The notes: a model not told the origin generated them from the sequence alone. Shown: positions 12,435-25,195, counted from the first letter of the whole stretch. The stretch: 63,090 nt of DNA, filler included, from Rhabdomonas costata (GCA_019059605.1; 44 parts of 44 records of this genome joined end to end with filler, not necessarily neighbours in it); one strand, 5' to 3'. Numbers and translations are program-made.

Positions 12435-13020
12435 CTAGAGAGACGCACGCGCGGTAGAGCTATTTTACTGAAAGGCACTTCGGAAGGTGCAGCTTCCTAT
12501 ACAAAGAAGGGTGAACGCACACAAAACCTCAAAGGAAAAAGGACCCTTCTGGACCGATAGGCAGAGCCTTATCTGCCTTTTACGAAGCTTTCGTGACCCT
12601 AAGCTAATAATTCATTTTTTAAAGCTTATAGTTGCTCGCTGAACTCGTCACACGACAGAACGAAAGAACATGTCGACCACCCCGAGAAACAGGTAAATCA
12701 AGCAGACGGTTCTGACGAGACGAACGAACAGAACGCGCCATCGGGACCGCCTTGGACATTATCCGATTCCTTAGTTCTAGCATTCCTCACCTCCACTTCC
12801 CAGATGTGACCACGACCCGTCACACAACAANNNNNNNNNNNNNNNNNNNNNNNNNNNNNNNNNNNNNNNNNNNNTTAATTAATTAANNNNNNNNNNNNNN
12901 NNNNNNNNNNNNNNNNNNNNNNNNNNNNNNGGTTGTTTGCTGTGACTGTCGTGGGGTTGTTTCGTCTTCTTCCTGGGCCTGTTTAGTAAAGGTATGCCAA
13001 ATAGACTTATATACCACTGG

Positions 13021-13117
13021 AAATACTGGTTAAATACTGGTTAAATACTGGTTAAAACGTTACGGACTATGTTCTCGATTTTTACCCCAAAATCGAGAAC
13101 ATAGTCCGTAACGTTTT
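13021..13117. repeat. 11-mer x3 followed by a perfect 29-bp inverted repeat with 6-nt loop
   Basis: (aaatactggtt)3, then 13054-13082 aaaacgttacggactatgttctcgatttt and its reverse complement at 13089-13117. Confidence 0.95.
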
Positions 13118-13352
13118 GAACTGGTCTTTTTGGCCTACATTTATGCCGCTGGGCTTTGGTAGCATATGCTGTCCCTTCGTGGGTGCGCAAGGTTGTAACC
13201 TAGGTGCAGCCTGCTGTATGCATTGATACAGTGGTGGAAATGGCGACGGCGGCGTAGGGGAGAAGCTGCTTCGTGCAGCAGGGGGACCAGACCACCCATC
13301 GGGGGGACCGCAGACTGCGCAGGAAAATAGAAGAACGCACCGGAGCACACAC

Positions 13353-14010
13353 TGAGAACAGGTCCTGGGGCATCACTAAGCCCTTGAAGTAGTAGCTCCC
13401 AGCGGGATTGACAAGGACCTCCACCCGAAGACTCTCGGGCAACTGCTGCACAACCGCATCGCTGACCAGCACTTGGCCCCCGATGGCCTTGGATTCGACC
13501 CGGGCGGCATAGTTGACGGAGGGACCAAAGTAGTCAGCCTGAAAAAAACACCATGACATCGCAGTGACGCATGTGAGAGAGGCCAATTGGTTTTTTGGGG
13601 GAGGAGAGATGAACATCCACACATGCAGCGCTATACGTCGCGGTGGGGGAGCAGTGGAGGGACAAACCCGTTGTCTGCGGGCCACTCTCACAAAAAGTAT
13701 GCATGACACACATCTTCGCACCCTGCCCAAAGCGGGAAACATGATGAGAAATACGACACCCGAAGCGTCTGTGAGTTGACATCCAGCTTGGCCTCCCCAA
13801 CGTGAACCCCTACGCGGACTCGAAGTCCCTTCCACAGCAACTCCCCAGAGGCTCCGGTGACCTCCAGGCCGTCCGGAAGACTGAGCAAGGGCTCCGGCCA
13901 CGACACATGCATCAGCTCCACCTGAAGCTCCACCGCAAACCTCACCGCACGGCCGCAATCCGGGAAAGCCACGAAGAAGCTGTCGCCAATGGTCTTCACC
14001 TCGTAGCCCT
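13353..14010 (-). CDS. Class III adenylate cyclase catalytic domain (kinetoplastid/fungal receptor type), 2 exons, partial
   Basis: Exon ~14010-13760 GYEVKTIGDSFFVAF...GLRVRVGVHVG; exon 13538-13353 ADYFGPSVNYAARVESKAIGGQVLVS...YYFKG; GT-AG boundaries; catalytic K, D, N and R present. Confidence 0.93.
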
Positions 14011-16216
14011 CTGCACAGGGGTGCGCCATTTCCCCCCCACCATTTCCCGGTTGTACGTGGCAGTGGGTGCCACGAACACACACACACGCACACACACACA
14101 CACACACATTGAAATCGAAGTCACCGACCATCACCATAGCAAATGCAGAGAGCAATCGTCGCACCCCAAGCAACTCATCCACTAGCACACTGCTGTAATA
14201 ATAACCATCATGTGAGTCATCAAATTTGCACACACGAGGGTTGAAGTTGGGTTCCACCCCCCACCCCNNNNNNNNNNNNNNNNNNNNNNNNNNNNNNNNN
14301 NNNNNNNNNNNTTAATTAATTAANNNNNNNNNNNNNNNNNNNNNNNNNNNNNNNNNNNNNNNNNNNNTTTGTGTGTGCGTAGATTATGTCATGCTGTTAT
14401 TATCCGGTGGTGGTCATTAGCAGCGTACTTTATACGATGGTGATAAGGCAGTGGCTGTTTGTGTGTGATTTGTGTGTGGACGTTGTTGGTGATCATAAGG
14501 TGTTAGTGGCAATGTTGGCAACTCATCGAGGGTCCAAAATTCTACTCAGTACAAAGGTGGAGGTGTCACAACCACGTAAACCATTCTTATGTGTTTTGGT
14601 TGTGGTAGTAGTAGCATGGTGTCACATCGTCGCGTCCCACCTTGTTAGTGTCATGGAATCCTCTCCCATTGGCATCGGTGGTACCATACGGTGTGAGTCC
14701 AGTGACTGGGAGTGGATTTTGTGATGCCATTAGTGGTGTCCAACCAAGTCCCCGGGGGACCCGGTGTGTTGGCGGACCCTGACGAATTGCTCCCTCTTCT
14801 TCTGCGCCTGGTTTTGGTCATACTTTACATAGCGCCTGCAACCGTCTTACCACAGCCTCCACGTCAACACCCGCGTTGGACGCCACCACGCGCTGCATGC
14901 ACTCCAATCCCAGGTGCACCAATTTAGCTGCCCACTCCCGAGACCCGGTTGACCGCTCCACACACCTCCCCTGCGCAACAGCTGGCCATTCATGCTGGAC
15001 GACCCTACATTAAGGCGACGCTTCAGGCGACTGGCTTTTCCCTCTCTGCTTCCTGCTCAACAACCGGGTTTATCTGGATTGCTTTGTTGATGCTTTGGTG
15101 GTGCTGGTCACCTTTCATGTGGGATGCACCTGGAATGTGTCATAGTGGGTACAGGATTGCTGGGCACCACTCATTCAACTGGACATCCAGGTGGTCCCTC
15201 TCCAAGAAACCAAGCTCTCGACACTTGCACTGGAGGCAGCGCGAGGCGCACTTCGTCGCCGGAGCTGGAAGTTGCACCACGGCCACCAGGTGCCAGCCAA
15301 CAAAGCTGGCATTCACGGAGACCACTTTGTGGTGTCGGGCGGGTTGCCCAGGAGCGGATAAGCTGCAGGGAGACCAGAGAATCCGTCAGGACCCGCGGCG
15401 GCGGAGGGGAGAAGCGGGAGACCAAGACCAGTGCCACAAGTTCGCACTGGGTGAAGCTGCTGGGGTCCTGGATACGGGCGGAGTGGCAGAGCCCCGATCT
15501 CGGCTGCAGAGCGGCCGCGGGGGCGGGGCATCGTTTAATGGGGCCAGTGAGACTTCGCACTGGTAGCTGGGTTCGTGTAGTAGCTGTGGCCACAGGCTGA
15601 CGCGGGTGGAGGAGCGATTGATGCTCACGCGCCACTTGGTATGGGCGAGGGCTGCCGCCAGGGCCGGAGTGGGCTCCGTCCCTGGCGGCAGCCCTCACCT
15701 AAACNNNNNNNNNNNNNNNNNNNNNNNNNNNNNNNNNNNNNNNNNNNNTTAATTAATTAANNNNNNNNNNNNNNNNNNNNNNNNNNNNNNNNNNNNNNNN
15801 NNNNGTTTGTTGGGTCCCATGCTGTTTTGTTAATCCATTTGCAGGAGGTTGGGCTGACGATGTCTAGGTTGGAAGTCCATGTGCACCGGGGGGAGGAGGG
15901 AGGTGGATATTCCTGGGGAGGGAGAGGAGGAGGTGCATGTGGATCTGCCCGGGCAAGAGGTAAATGTGAGGAGCGACACATGCAGTCATAGTTTCACCCC
16001 CCGACCCTCAATCGATGTTCCAAGGCGCTCCAAGCAGTGTGGATGTTGAAGAAGAGGGCCATTAATTAATTAATATTTAATATTTGTCGCACGGGACAAT
16101 CACCACAAGGTCACTGGGCTCAAGATGAGTTTGAAGGACATCGACGGCTCTATCGGTTCTTGACAAGGGAATCATGAAAAGGCCCTCCAAGTGCAGCTGC
16201 GAAAAGCAGGACTGAG

Positions 16217-16897
16217 TTGGTTGAGCACAGGGGAAAAGCAGCATTCCGTTGCTCCTGCCAAGGTTGTAAACTTCGACTAGCCTGCAGTAATGGGGGGCCC
16301 TTGGTGAAGCTGAAGATAGACCTCAAGACTTGGGCAAAGTCTCTTTTATGTCCATTCAGACGATGCTTGGCATCAAGGCACTCTATTTCGCTTTATCACA
16401 TCCTTTCCGAAGCCGCGAAAAAGCACATGGACAACAACCCACCTACAATTGGTGGCCCCGGTACTGAAGTTGAATGCGACGAGGCGCAGATTGGTAGAAA
16501 GCGCAAAGGTTTCCGAGTCTTTATGTTCGTCTTATGGGTTAGGTAAACCTGCCTCCTTGTTTATATGAAATTGCTTTGGCAATTCGGCCACGACAGCAAC
16601 ATTCTGATGGATATTTGGGGTTGGTGGGACCGCTCCTCTGGGTTACTGTGCGTTTGCCAAGCTTCATCCTGATGGATCACATAGACCAGGACCAGCAGCT
16701 GCTGACGAAGTAACACCCTTCGTATCTAAGTACATTCTACCGGGGGGCCTTCTATGCACCGACTCCGTCGCGTTCGCACTAATGGCAAGGAAGGAATCTG
16801 GAAAGGCTTAAAAACCGCTTGCGCGCTTTGTCGGGGGTGACAAAGGAGCGCCTTCCTCTCCATCTGGCCTTGTTCATCTGGCACCACAACACAAAAG
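16217..16897 (+). mobile_element. Decayed Merlin/ISXO2 (IS1595-family) DDE transposase
   Basis: Ordered motifs across broken frames: IGGPGTEVECDEAQIGRKRKG, DIWGWWDRSSG, PFVSKYILPGGLLCTDS, VRTNGKEGIWKGLK, RGVTKERLPLHLALFIWHHN. Confidence 0.85.
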
Positions 16898-17241
16898 TTC
16901 AGCGTCTGTGCGTGTCTTTGATGAGCTTCTCAAGGTTTTTGCGGCCTCTGTTTGACAGTTTTCCTCTTCTTCTGTGGCTTTCGTCATTGATGTGATCCGA
17001 ATCTCTTACTCCTGTGGCTGCTCTGTTGATGCTTTCTTACGGGTTTCCAGGAAGGAGGGGGTGCACAAGGTATAGTGGTAGGGGTGGGCATGATATACTT
17101 GAAGCACCCCCACCCCTACCACTATACCTTGTGCACACCACNNNNNNNNNNNNNNNNNNNNNNNNNNNNNNNNNNNNNNNNNNNNTTAATTAATTAANNN
17201 NNNNNNNNNNNNNNNNNNNNNNNNNNNNNNNNNNNNNNNNN

Positions 17242-18576
17242 TACTGCATTCCTTAATTGCACAATGGAATTTGATAAATTCTGAGCTGGTTGTGATGATA
17301 ATAAATTATATAATTGATTATTTGCAGTTATTACAGATGTATTTGATGCTACAACATTTTGTAAATTTGCATATAACGTTTGTAAATTAGTTAAACTTGA
17401 AACAATATTTTGTGATTGAGAATCAATGAACGTCTGTAATTTACTAATTAATACAGCATCATCTGTTTCAGAATTTAACGTTTGTTGTAATTGTAATTCA
17501 TTATTATATTCTTGTTGTACAAGTGCAATTACATTATTGAAATAAGATGATGAATTATCAAACAAACTTTTCGTGTAAATTAAATTTGGGTTTTGTAAAC
17601 TATTATTGATAGTTGGTGCAACAGGCGGCACTGGTGTAACTGCTATCATCGAATTCGTGTAATCAGTTATTGCCTGTTTTACAGTATCATCAAACCAAGC
17701 AGCATTAACACACAAACGTACATCATAGCCAGTTAATTGAGATAACCAAGTACTTATTTTAGTTACGTCCGGAACATTCCAAAGAGAAGTATTTGTTGTA
17801 TCAATAGGTATGATCGTATATGTCGGTGTAAATAATGGTTTAACAGTAATAACAAGATTTGTATAAATCTGACCATTACATGATAAACTGAAATTTGAAA
17901 ATAATGAAAAATAATTTGATTTTAACCATGTCGCAAATGATAAATCTATGATTATATAACCATTATAAGCGGAATTAGTTACTGCAATATACGTATATTG
18001 ATTGTTATTTAATAAAGCATAACCAGTCGTTCCTTGTGCAAATTTTACAAGTTTAATTGTTCCATCAGAAGCGGCATCTTGATAAACTAAATTTGGTTGT
18101 TGATTTCCGGATGCATCAGTTGTTGTAGTTAAAATAATAAATGTTTGTAGTGCAGGCGCAATACTTGTAAAATCATTAGCAGTATAAATATTTCCAAGAA
18201 TAGGAACAACTTGAGTAATTTGACCAGTCTGCATATACGTCAGAATTTCTTTTTGTAATTCTCCTGTATAGAAATAAGGTGCATCAGTGAAGAAACGAAT
18301 ATCATAACCAGTTAATGCTGCTAAATAAGTTACGGTATTCAGTTCAGTATCAACAGATGGAACAGAATTCCAAACATTCTTTTCACCATCCCAAAATACA
18401 TTATAACCAGCTGGAACAAAGGAATATCCTCTCTTTTTTGTAACATATACGTAATTAAATGTTCCATTTGATAAAGTAATCGGACAATTTAATAAAACAG
18501 AACCATTTGTTGTTAACCAACTATCAAATGAAGAATGAATATCAAAAAATACAAGACAACTAACATTCGCATATGA
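17242..18576 (-). CDS. Large unknown protein, open across the whole contig (~445 aa, both ends missing); likely non-host origin
   Basis: No stop in frame from 18576 to 17242; strongly AT-rich (roughly 25-30% GC by eye), A/T-ending codons, no introns; two copies of an LTGYD[IV]R-containing unit, then an N/Q/S/L-rich helical tail. Confidence 0.85.
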
Positions 18577-18987
18577 AANNNNNNNNNNNNNNNNNNNNNN
18601 NNNNNNNNNNNNNNNNNNNNNNTTAATTAATTAANNNNNNNNNNNNNNNNNNNNNNNNNNNNNNNNNNNNNNNNNNNNTGTGTTGGGTATGTTTCCTGTC
18701 ATGCAGCCAATAAACCACGCATGTATGGCATTTGTACGTGCTTATTCGCAATGATGCGCGCTACAACATGTTATAATATGAAAAACAGCTGGCCCAGGAT
18801 TGCTTCAGTAATTCATTTCGGCATTATTTAGCCCCAAAGTATCCTTAACGTCTGCCAGACTCGTTTTGTGACGGGGACATTCAAGCGCATTCACAAAACT
18901 CATCAGTTGCACAATTTACGTATGACACTGGCCCACGCACTCAAAAGCAGAGTCAAGAAAAGTGTGCGGTGGGCAAACCGAGCACAC

Positions 18988-19621
18988 GTGCCTCCTCCTC
19001 GACTTCACCTCCGGTGATCACCTCGTCGTTCAGTGACCACGAAAACGACAGGCAGTTGCGCAGCTCTCGGATGGGGAAAACCAGCTCCGCGTCGCTAAGA
19101 GAACGGGACACACTTTGTGCGATCTAATGAGCTGTCATGAAATGAGATGAGATGAGATGTCAAAGGGCGTGATAGGTTGCAACCGCCCCCATTTTTAGGC
19201 ATTCCGTCGATTGATTAATGCAATGGCACATGCAGTGCAACCAACCATTCCTAAAGACTTGAACCACTGCTTATAAAAACATGGCTTTAAAAAGACGAAC
19301 CACAGTTTCAGCTTCCAATGAACCAACGCACTGCATTCCGGCCCATTTCTCTGAAAAGCGTTCGAATCAGTGATCTGACACTGGCAGGAAGAGTGCTAAA
19401 GATAAAAACAAAATATTTGAACACTCCGAATTGTGAGGGCTCTACCGGAAGGTATTTTGAAAGATGTAGCTCAGCTCCACCGTCGCGGTGCGGTCATCGA
19501 CCTTTGCGTGGACGGTGAGAGAGGTGCACGGGAACGGCACTCCATCATGTGTCCCCACTGGCCCCATTGCGGGAGCCGGAAGGGTCTCTCGAGGCGCCCC
19601 CGAGCGGTGCCGCAGCGCCAT
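18988..19621 (-). CDS. VIT (vault/inter-alpha-trypsin) domain protein, first 2 exons
   Basis: Exon 19621-19446 ...VPFPCTSLTVHAKVDDRTATVELSYIFQNTF joins in phase 2 to exon 19094-~18988 RDAELVFPIRE...SFSWSLNDEVITGGEVEEE. Confidence 0.75.
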
Positions 19622-20952
19622 AATCTCACCAGTCACATTCTCACTCCAACAGAAACCAATTTAACACAACGCGACTGATAACAAGAGGCCTTAGACCATG
19701 CCATGGACAGAGTTTTCACGGGCACCATAATGAAGACCAAGTTGACCAATGCAGATGCTACACCCTGTTGTCTGAGCGTTGCGGACTGCTTACTCGGTAT
19801 TGACTCCACTTTGATATTTCAAATGAAATTGTTGCCGCCTGCCAGTCCCCTCCCGTAAGCAAGCTGCTGGTACGCCATCACAAACATGGGGCACCGGAAC
19901 AAGTTCGAGGGTTCTCACATCTTACATAACAAAAGACAGGAAGAGACACGGAAAGCATTGCGCAGTTCACTACACCGCCTCCAAAAGCAGCAACAGCTTA
20001 CGCTCAGCAGCAGCANNNNNNNNNNNNNNNNNNNNNNNNNNNNNNNNNNNNNNNNNNNNTTAATTAATTAANNNNNNNNNNNNNNNNNNNNNNNNNNNNN
20101 NNNNNNNNNNNNNNNGGTGGTTGGGAAGCCAGCGTAGAAGGAGACGCACGAGGCAGCTCGAACCCAACAGTGAAACTGAAACCTGAAGAGTTCTGCGAAA
20201 GCCATAGCGAGCAGCAGAGAAGATCCAAAAAGGTCCCGAAGTCCCGTGCGCTGACGAAGAGCGCCAGGGACGGTGCTACGATTGGGGCACTCCGTGGTAT
20301 GAAGATAACGTGAGGATCCCAAGCAGACGAAGAGTCCAAGAAAGGCCTCTGCAGTTCTCTGGGCGAGCGCAGAGTGGTGGAGCTCCCAGAGTGGTGGAAC
20401 CGCGGTTTATTGCGCCATTGAGTTTTCCCATGAACCTCCACTCAGCAGCTAACGGGCGAACTGCACCCCGTAACGCGGCCAGGCAGCGAGATTTGAAAGC
20501 CCGCTGGAGGGAGAAGAGAAAAGGCCTCCACCACACCCATTCCATGATGTGGATTTTGTGTGGGTGAAAGGGACTGATGGGAAGGAGTCCTGGAGCCAAG
20601 TGAGCGCAGAGGCACGAAGAGTGCATTTCATCAGTGCCGAAGATTAGCCTTTTTGATACCGCTTCTGCTAAGCTTTCCAGTGTTCTGGTGTGGCACCTCT
20701 TAGACCAGACGTCTGATCGTCGCGGCGTGAACTTCTATACCCGGCTGGCGAAAAGCTGTCCCAGAGGCATCTTTCTGGCCCATTTTGGTTTCTTTTAGGC
20801 CTTTTAGGCGGGGAAAGGACTCTTTTCGACTATTTCCTTTGAGTCTTGCTGGCATGGAAAAAAAAGTCCTGTTAATTGGCACACGGGCAGCGCACGCAGC
20901 GTTCCAGCAACTGATCTGAGTGAGTGTGTGGTTTATGTGTGTGGTTGCGCAG

Positions 20953-21177
20953 ACCGGTGGCAACCCGCCCTCGCCGTGTGCGCACGCTGTGAAGTACGCC
21001 GACCCGAGCTGCCGGGTTTCGTCGCGGAGGGTCTCGTTCGACCCCCGGCAGGTGGGCAACGTCACCCGCCGCTCCGTGTCTGTGCTGCTGGTCGACATCG
21101 CGGGGTTCCACGTGCTCTCAGCCGAGACCGAGGCGATGGTCGCCGTGCACTCCTCGGTGGTGCAGGCCACGAGCCAG
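20953..21177 (+). CDS. Exon with the start of a class III nucleotide cyclase-like domain
   Basis: cag|...RRSVSVLLVDIAGFH...MVAVHSSVVQATSQ|gtg; matches the V.VLF.DI.GF first metal-binding motif. Confidence 0.65.
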
Positions 21178-21639
21178 GTGCCTGGCCGCCAATGGAGGCC
21201 GGAAATGCTCGCCAGGATAGACCATAATCGGCGCCATTGCTTCTGGGATTCACCCCACTCTCACACACTGTGACCGAAGAAAGCGCAAAGAGTTGCGCAT
21301 CACGCTTCCCAGGATTCGAATATAATCTTTAGGAGATCAAGATCAGCAAAGTCTCTCCTTTATACTGAATTGTGGGGGATCCAGGATGCGCCTTCCCCCC
21401 AAAGTCCAATCTGAACTTATACAAACGCTAGACTCCAACATAAAACCCACCCNNNNNNNNNNNNNNNNNNNNNNNNNNNNNNNNNNNNNNNNNNNNTTAA
21501 TTAATTAANNNNNNNNNNNNNNNNNNNNNNNNNNNNNNNNNNNNNNNNNNNNCAAATATGGAAGAGACTAATCACATGTGGAACGGCCACAACCATGGGC
21601 TCAATTCTATCTGCAACCGAAATTTATCCATCCGCATCG

Positions 21640-22500
21640 ACTCTTGGGCCATTGTGTGTCCCATACTAACTACTACTATGGATTTTTGGTGGCACAAACG
21701 CGATTATTTTTATACTTTAGAGACCTTTGGAATTGGATCAACTTCCATTCTTCATGTAATTTGGCACGCAATTTAAAAGAATCTAATGCTTGACGCCTGA
21801 ATGTTGTCATCTTTTTGCCTCCAAACATTGAAACACCTACGCTTCCACTCAACATTTGTCTGTAGCATCGGCAACAATTGATAACTTAGTACCACTTGAA
21901 TTGCCGCCTTGATTGCTCTCATAAACATCTTAATCGGTGTGGTACCAAACTTTCTTAATTTGTACAAAACTGTTTACGGAGAATCCTTCTCCATTAATTA
22001 ATATAATTGCGAGCATTTGCTGCAACTGGTACTTCTGCAATTAAATCTGTATCACGTTTGACTTATAAACAAACCTGTGGTTCCGGGACCAAATAACTGT
22101 CTTTCATGTTTAACACCAATCAGTAAACAAATAAACATCAATGGATGAGGTTTATGGATGGTATTGAAGAATAGGAATGTAACAAATCCTACCTTTACAA
22201 TTCTCTGGAATTGCAATACAAACAACGGAACTGTGGTGCTGCACGCTACTCTCCAAATAATGCTCACCGTTGTCTCTGCACTTTTTTCTGTAAACACACA
22301 TTTCTCTGTAACTACTCTGAAATATCTTACGCTACCACAATCCACTCACAGCTCTGTGTAACTTCGCGGCTCTACTTGACACTTCCACATCTATGACAAG
22401 TGTCCACGTTACTCTTAAGTAAATTTCTACTTCTTCACCAAACACCATCAATTCTTTTCGTTTTTTACCTCTCTGGATACCTACAAAAATTGGCGGTGGC
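21640..22500 (+). pseudogene. Possible highly decayed non-LTR retrotransposon RT region
   Basis: Lower-GC contig with no long ORF; scattered ordered fragments DYFYTLETFGIGST, TTLKYL, LWIPTKIGG recall L1/Tx1-type RT motifs; no YADD seen. Confidence 0.25.
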
Positions 22501-23127
22501 TCACAACATCCAACTCAGCTTTATTTGGTCGTTCTACTCAAAATCTATCCAGCAATTATCTCATGCTTCTCTTCATTATTACCCCTCTGAGATTTCGGAA
22601 CCAGTCGTTAACTCTGCTCAGTATTGAACCTGCTGTTATGATAAATTGATCACCACTAATAAGCCTCACGCTCACCTTATGTCTTGTGGAAACTTTCATG
22701 AGGCTTTGCCTCATTTGTCACCACATTTTCAAGGTTTCTACGCTTGCCTCTGTAGTGTATCTAAATCGCGTTTGGTACTGAATTCTGTGTCACTCTGCAT
22801 GGTACAGGGCTTTGGGTCTTCTGTACTAGATCAACTCATGTGGTCTCTGCAAAATTCAGTACCAAACGCGATTTAGATACACAACACAANNNNNNNNNNN
22901 NNNNNNNNNNNNNNNNNNNNNNNNNNNNNNNNNTTAATTAATTAANNNNNNNNNNNNNNNNNNNNNNNNNNNNNNNNNNNNNNNNNNNNTTTTGAGATGT
23001 CTGGGTGTGTTTTTCTTGCCTCTCACTTCTCTCCACTCGTGTCCTTACCCTCCCCCTTTGGTGTGGTATTTCGATCCATAGCGTGCGCGGCCCCCGACGG
23101 GCCCTTCCCCGCGTGGTGGGGTGCAGC

Positions 23128-23743
23128 AACAGCAGGTAGAACTTCAGCCTGGCCTCGACTCGCTGACGTTGGAAGTTACCGCTGACAGCCAGGATGACCT
23201 GGAAATCCAGGCCACCCTGGGCCCCCGGGCGGTGGCCCAGCCCTCTGCGGACATGCAACGACAGCTGGTCCTGTTTTTGAGCTGTTTTTGAGTGAGGGGG
23301 AGCGAGCGAGCCAGAGAGTTGTTTGTGCATCAGTGGATGTTATAGTGCATACCGAGCAAAAGAAAAATGACCTGAGTTTAAAGGCACAATTTTTGTGTCT
23401 CTCCGTAGCAAATGCATGCGTCGGAAAAGGCAAAGAAACATTCTGGGTAGTAAAAAGAGCGATCAAGGTGTTCCAGCTATGGGAAGGGGAGGCGATGACG
23501 ATACAAACAGAGCAAGGCAGTAGCCCTGATTTAGTCGCAATATGCCATGTACTCAAAACACGTGGATCCTGTATTCATCCATGCTCTTGACTTCTCTCTG
23601 CATTGCAACACACATTGCATCGTGCAGAACGGAGCCTTTGAGGCCCTGCGTGGGGAGGCCGAGGCCCGCAAGGCAGCGGACCACGCCCTGGCCGAGGCCA
23701 AGGTGCGAATCGCGGAGCTGGAGGCCAGGCTGGGCACCCTGCA
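23128..23743 (+). CDS. Coiled-coil hypothetical protein, 2 candidate exons (~23128-23209, 23628-23743)
   Basis: GC3-rich segments after CAG acceptors: QVELQPGLDSLTLEVTADSQDDLEIQ and NGAFEALRGEAEARKAADHALAEAKVRIAELEARLGTLQ. Confidence 0.5.
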
Positions 23744-24653
23744 GGCGGCCTCACCCCATTCCCCGGTTTGTGCGCACCTGAGGATCGGCACCAAAGTCCG
23801 CAATCATATCCACTCGGGAGCCTTTGGAACACTGAGCTGCCCCCACTATGACCTTGTGTGGGGCTTTCAGTAGTACACTGAGCTGCCTTGTGAATTTTGT
23901 CGCACACCCTACCTCTGTTTTGGTCGCGTGGGTTTCCAGGTCTGTGTGTAGACGTGTCATTGCTGTTGTGAATGTCCACACGTTGTGTTCGATTTGGCAT
24001 GGGAAATGGACCCCAGGCCTGCTTCGGCTTAGCCATCTTAGCTTGACCTGCCCATTTCGCATGGGTTAATGTCCGTCAGAGACGAGTGCTTGGGCATGCA
24101 TGGCTGAGAAGGGCTAGTTTCTTTCGCACCTTCGATTCGGAATCCTTGATATGTGATTGAGTGGGGTTCACCTGGTTCTTTTTTTTTTAAGTTTGCTCTG
24201 GTTCGTTCGAATGTTTCGGAAGTTGGACAATAGTAATGGTAGCTTCTTCAACCATCCTTTACTGCCACCCCCCCCCCAACGCCCAGCAGTGATTTCCAGT
24301 CTATGTTATAGCCCGACGGGAGTGTANNNNNNNNNNNNNNNNNNNNNNNNNNNNNNNNNNNNNNNNNNNNTTAATTAATTAANNNNNNNNNNNNNNNNNN
24401 NNNNNNNNNNNNNNNNNNNNNNNNNNGGGGGGGAGGTTGGGACGCGGTTGTTTTTTGATTCCGCTGGAATGCGGCGACATTCCAGTCCCACCGCTTCATT
24501 TCCTGACTATCCGGCTTTGTGAAATTTGGTGGTGCGAAATAGCCCTACCGGGCAAAAAAAGATTTGAGTGTACTACACACTTTCTTTTTTTGGTGGGGTG
24601 GCGGGATTTCTCAAAGACCTACTGTGGGCGTAGATGAAAAAAGGAGCACGTAC

Positions 24654-25195
24654 CCTCTTGGGCTTTAATGGCTGGGTGGCGAGGGACTGCTCTATGTACG
24701 GTTTCTTTTCCTCCGCGGAGAGCGCCTTCCACTGCTTTGCTGAGGAGAGCGTGATCAGAGAGTGGGCAAATGAGCGCGCGCGGGCGTTTGGATTGAAGTG
24801 CGTGCGGTCTGAGCACATAGCGGCCAAACACACAAAGAAATTGTGAACAGGAGCACGACACACAAGGTCCATGCAGATGCAGTGCTCAGTAGCCAATGTA
24901 AGCTTGAACAAAATAGGGATTGAACATGGAAATCCGGTATGTGCGAGTACCCCTCTTCTGGTCAGACTTTTCACCTTTTCAACTTTCCGCCGATCTTCGT
25001 TGATTACACTTGCAGCCCAGTATATGACTTGAGAAGTATCTTTCACTCTGTTCATCATGTTGAAAAAGATATGGACCAACACACACGAGTCGCAGTGACA
25101 TTCACACCGATAGCAGACATGCGCTGTGGCAGAGCAAGCGCCTTGATGCTGGGATTGCCGGAAACCTTCTTCATGAACGCATGGTAGGCGGTAAT
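24654..25195 (-). CDS. HMG-box protein resembling kinetoplast-associated proteins, 2 exons, partial
   Basis: Exons 25195-25108 and 24739-24654 join in phase 1: ITAYHAFMKKVSGNPSIKALALPQRMSAIAKQWKALSAEEKKPYIEQSLATQPLKPKR. Confidence 0.85.

Noticed and set aside
14821-15000. Minus-strand peptide EWPAVAQG...WAAKLVHLGLECMQR...VVRRLQAL resembling a kinase C-terminus
   Set aside because: No HRD, DFG or APE motifs upstream and frames are broken; too weak to call
17061-17136. 28-bp palindrome next to the Merlin relic (possible TIR or terminator)
   Set aside because: Right arm runs into the contig end and primer tail; same pattern as other fold-back amplification chimeras
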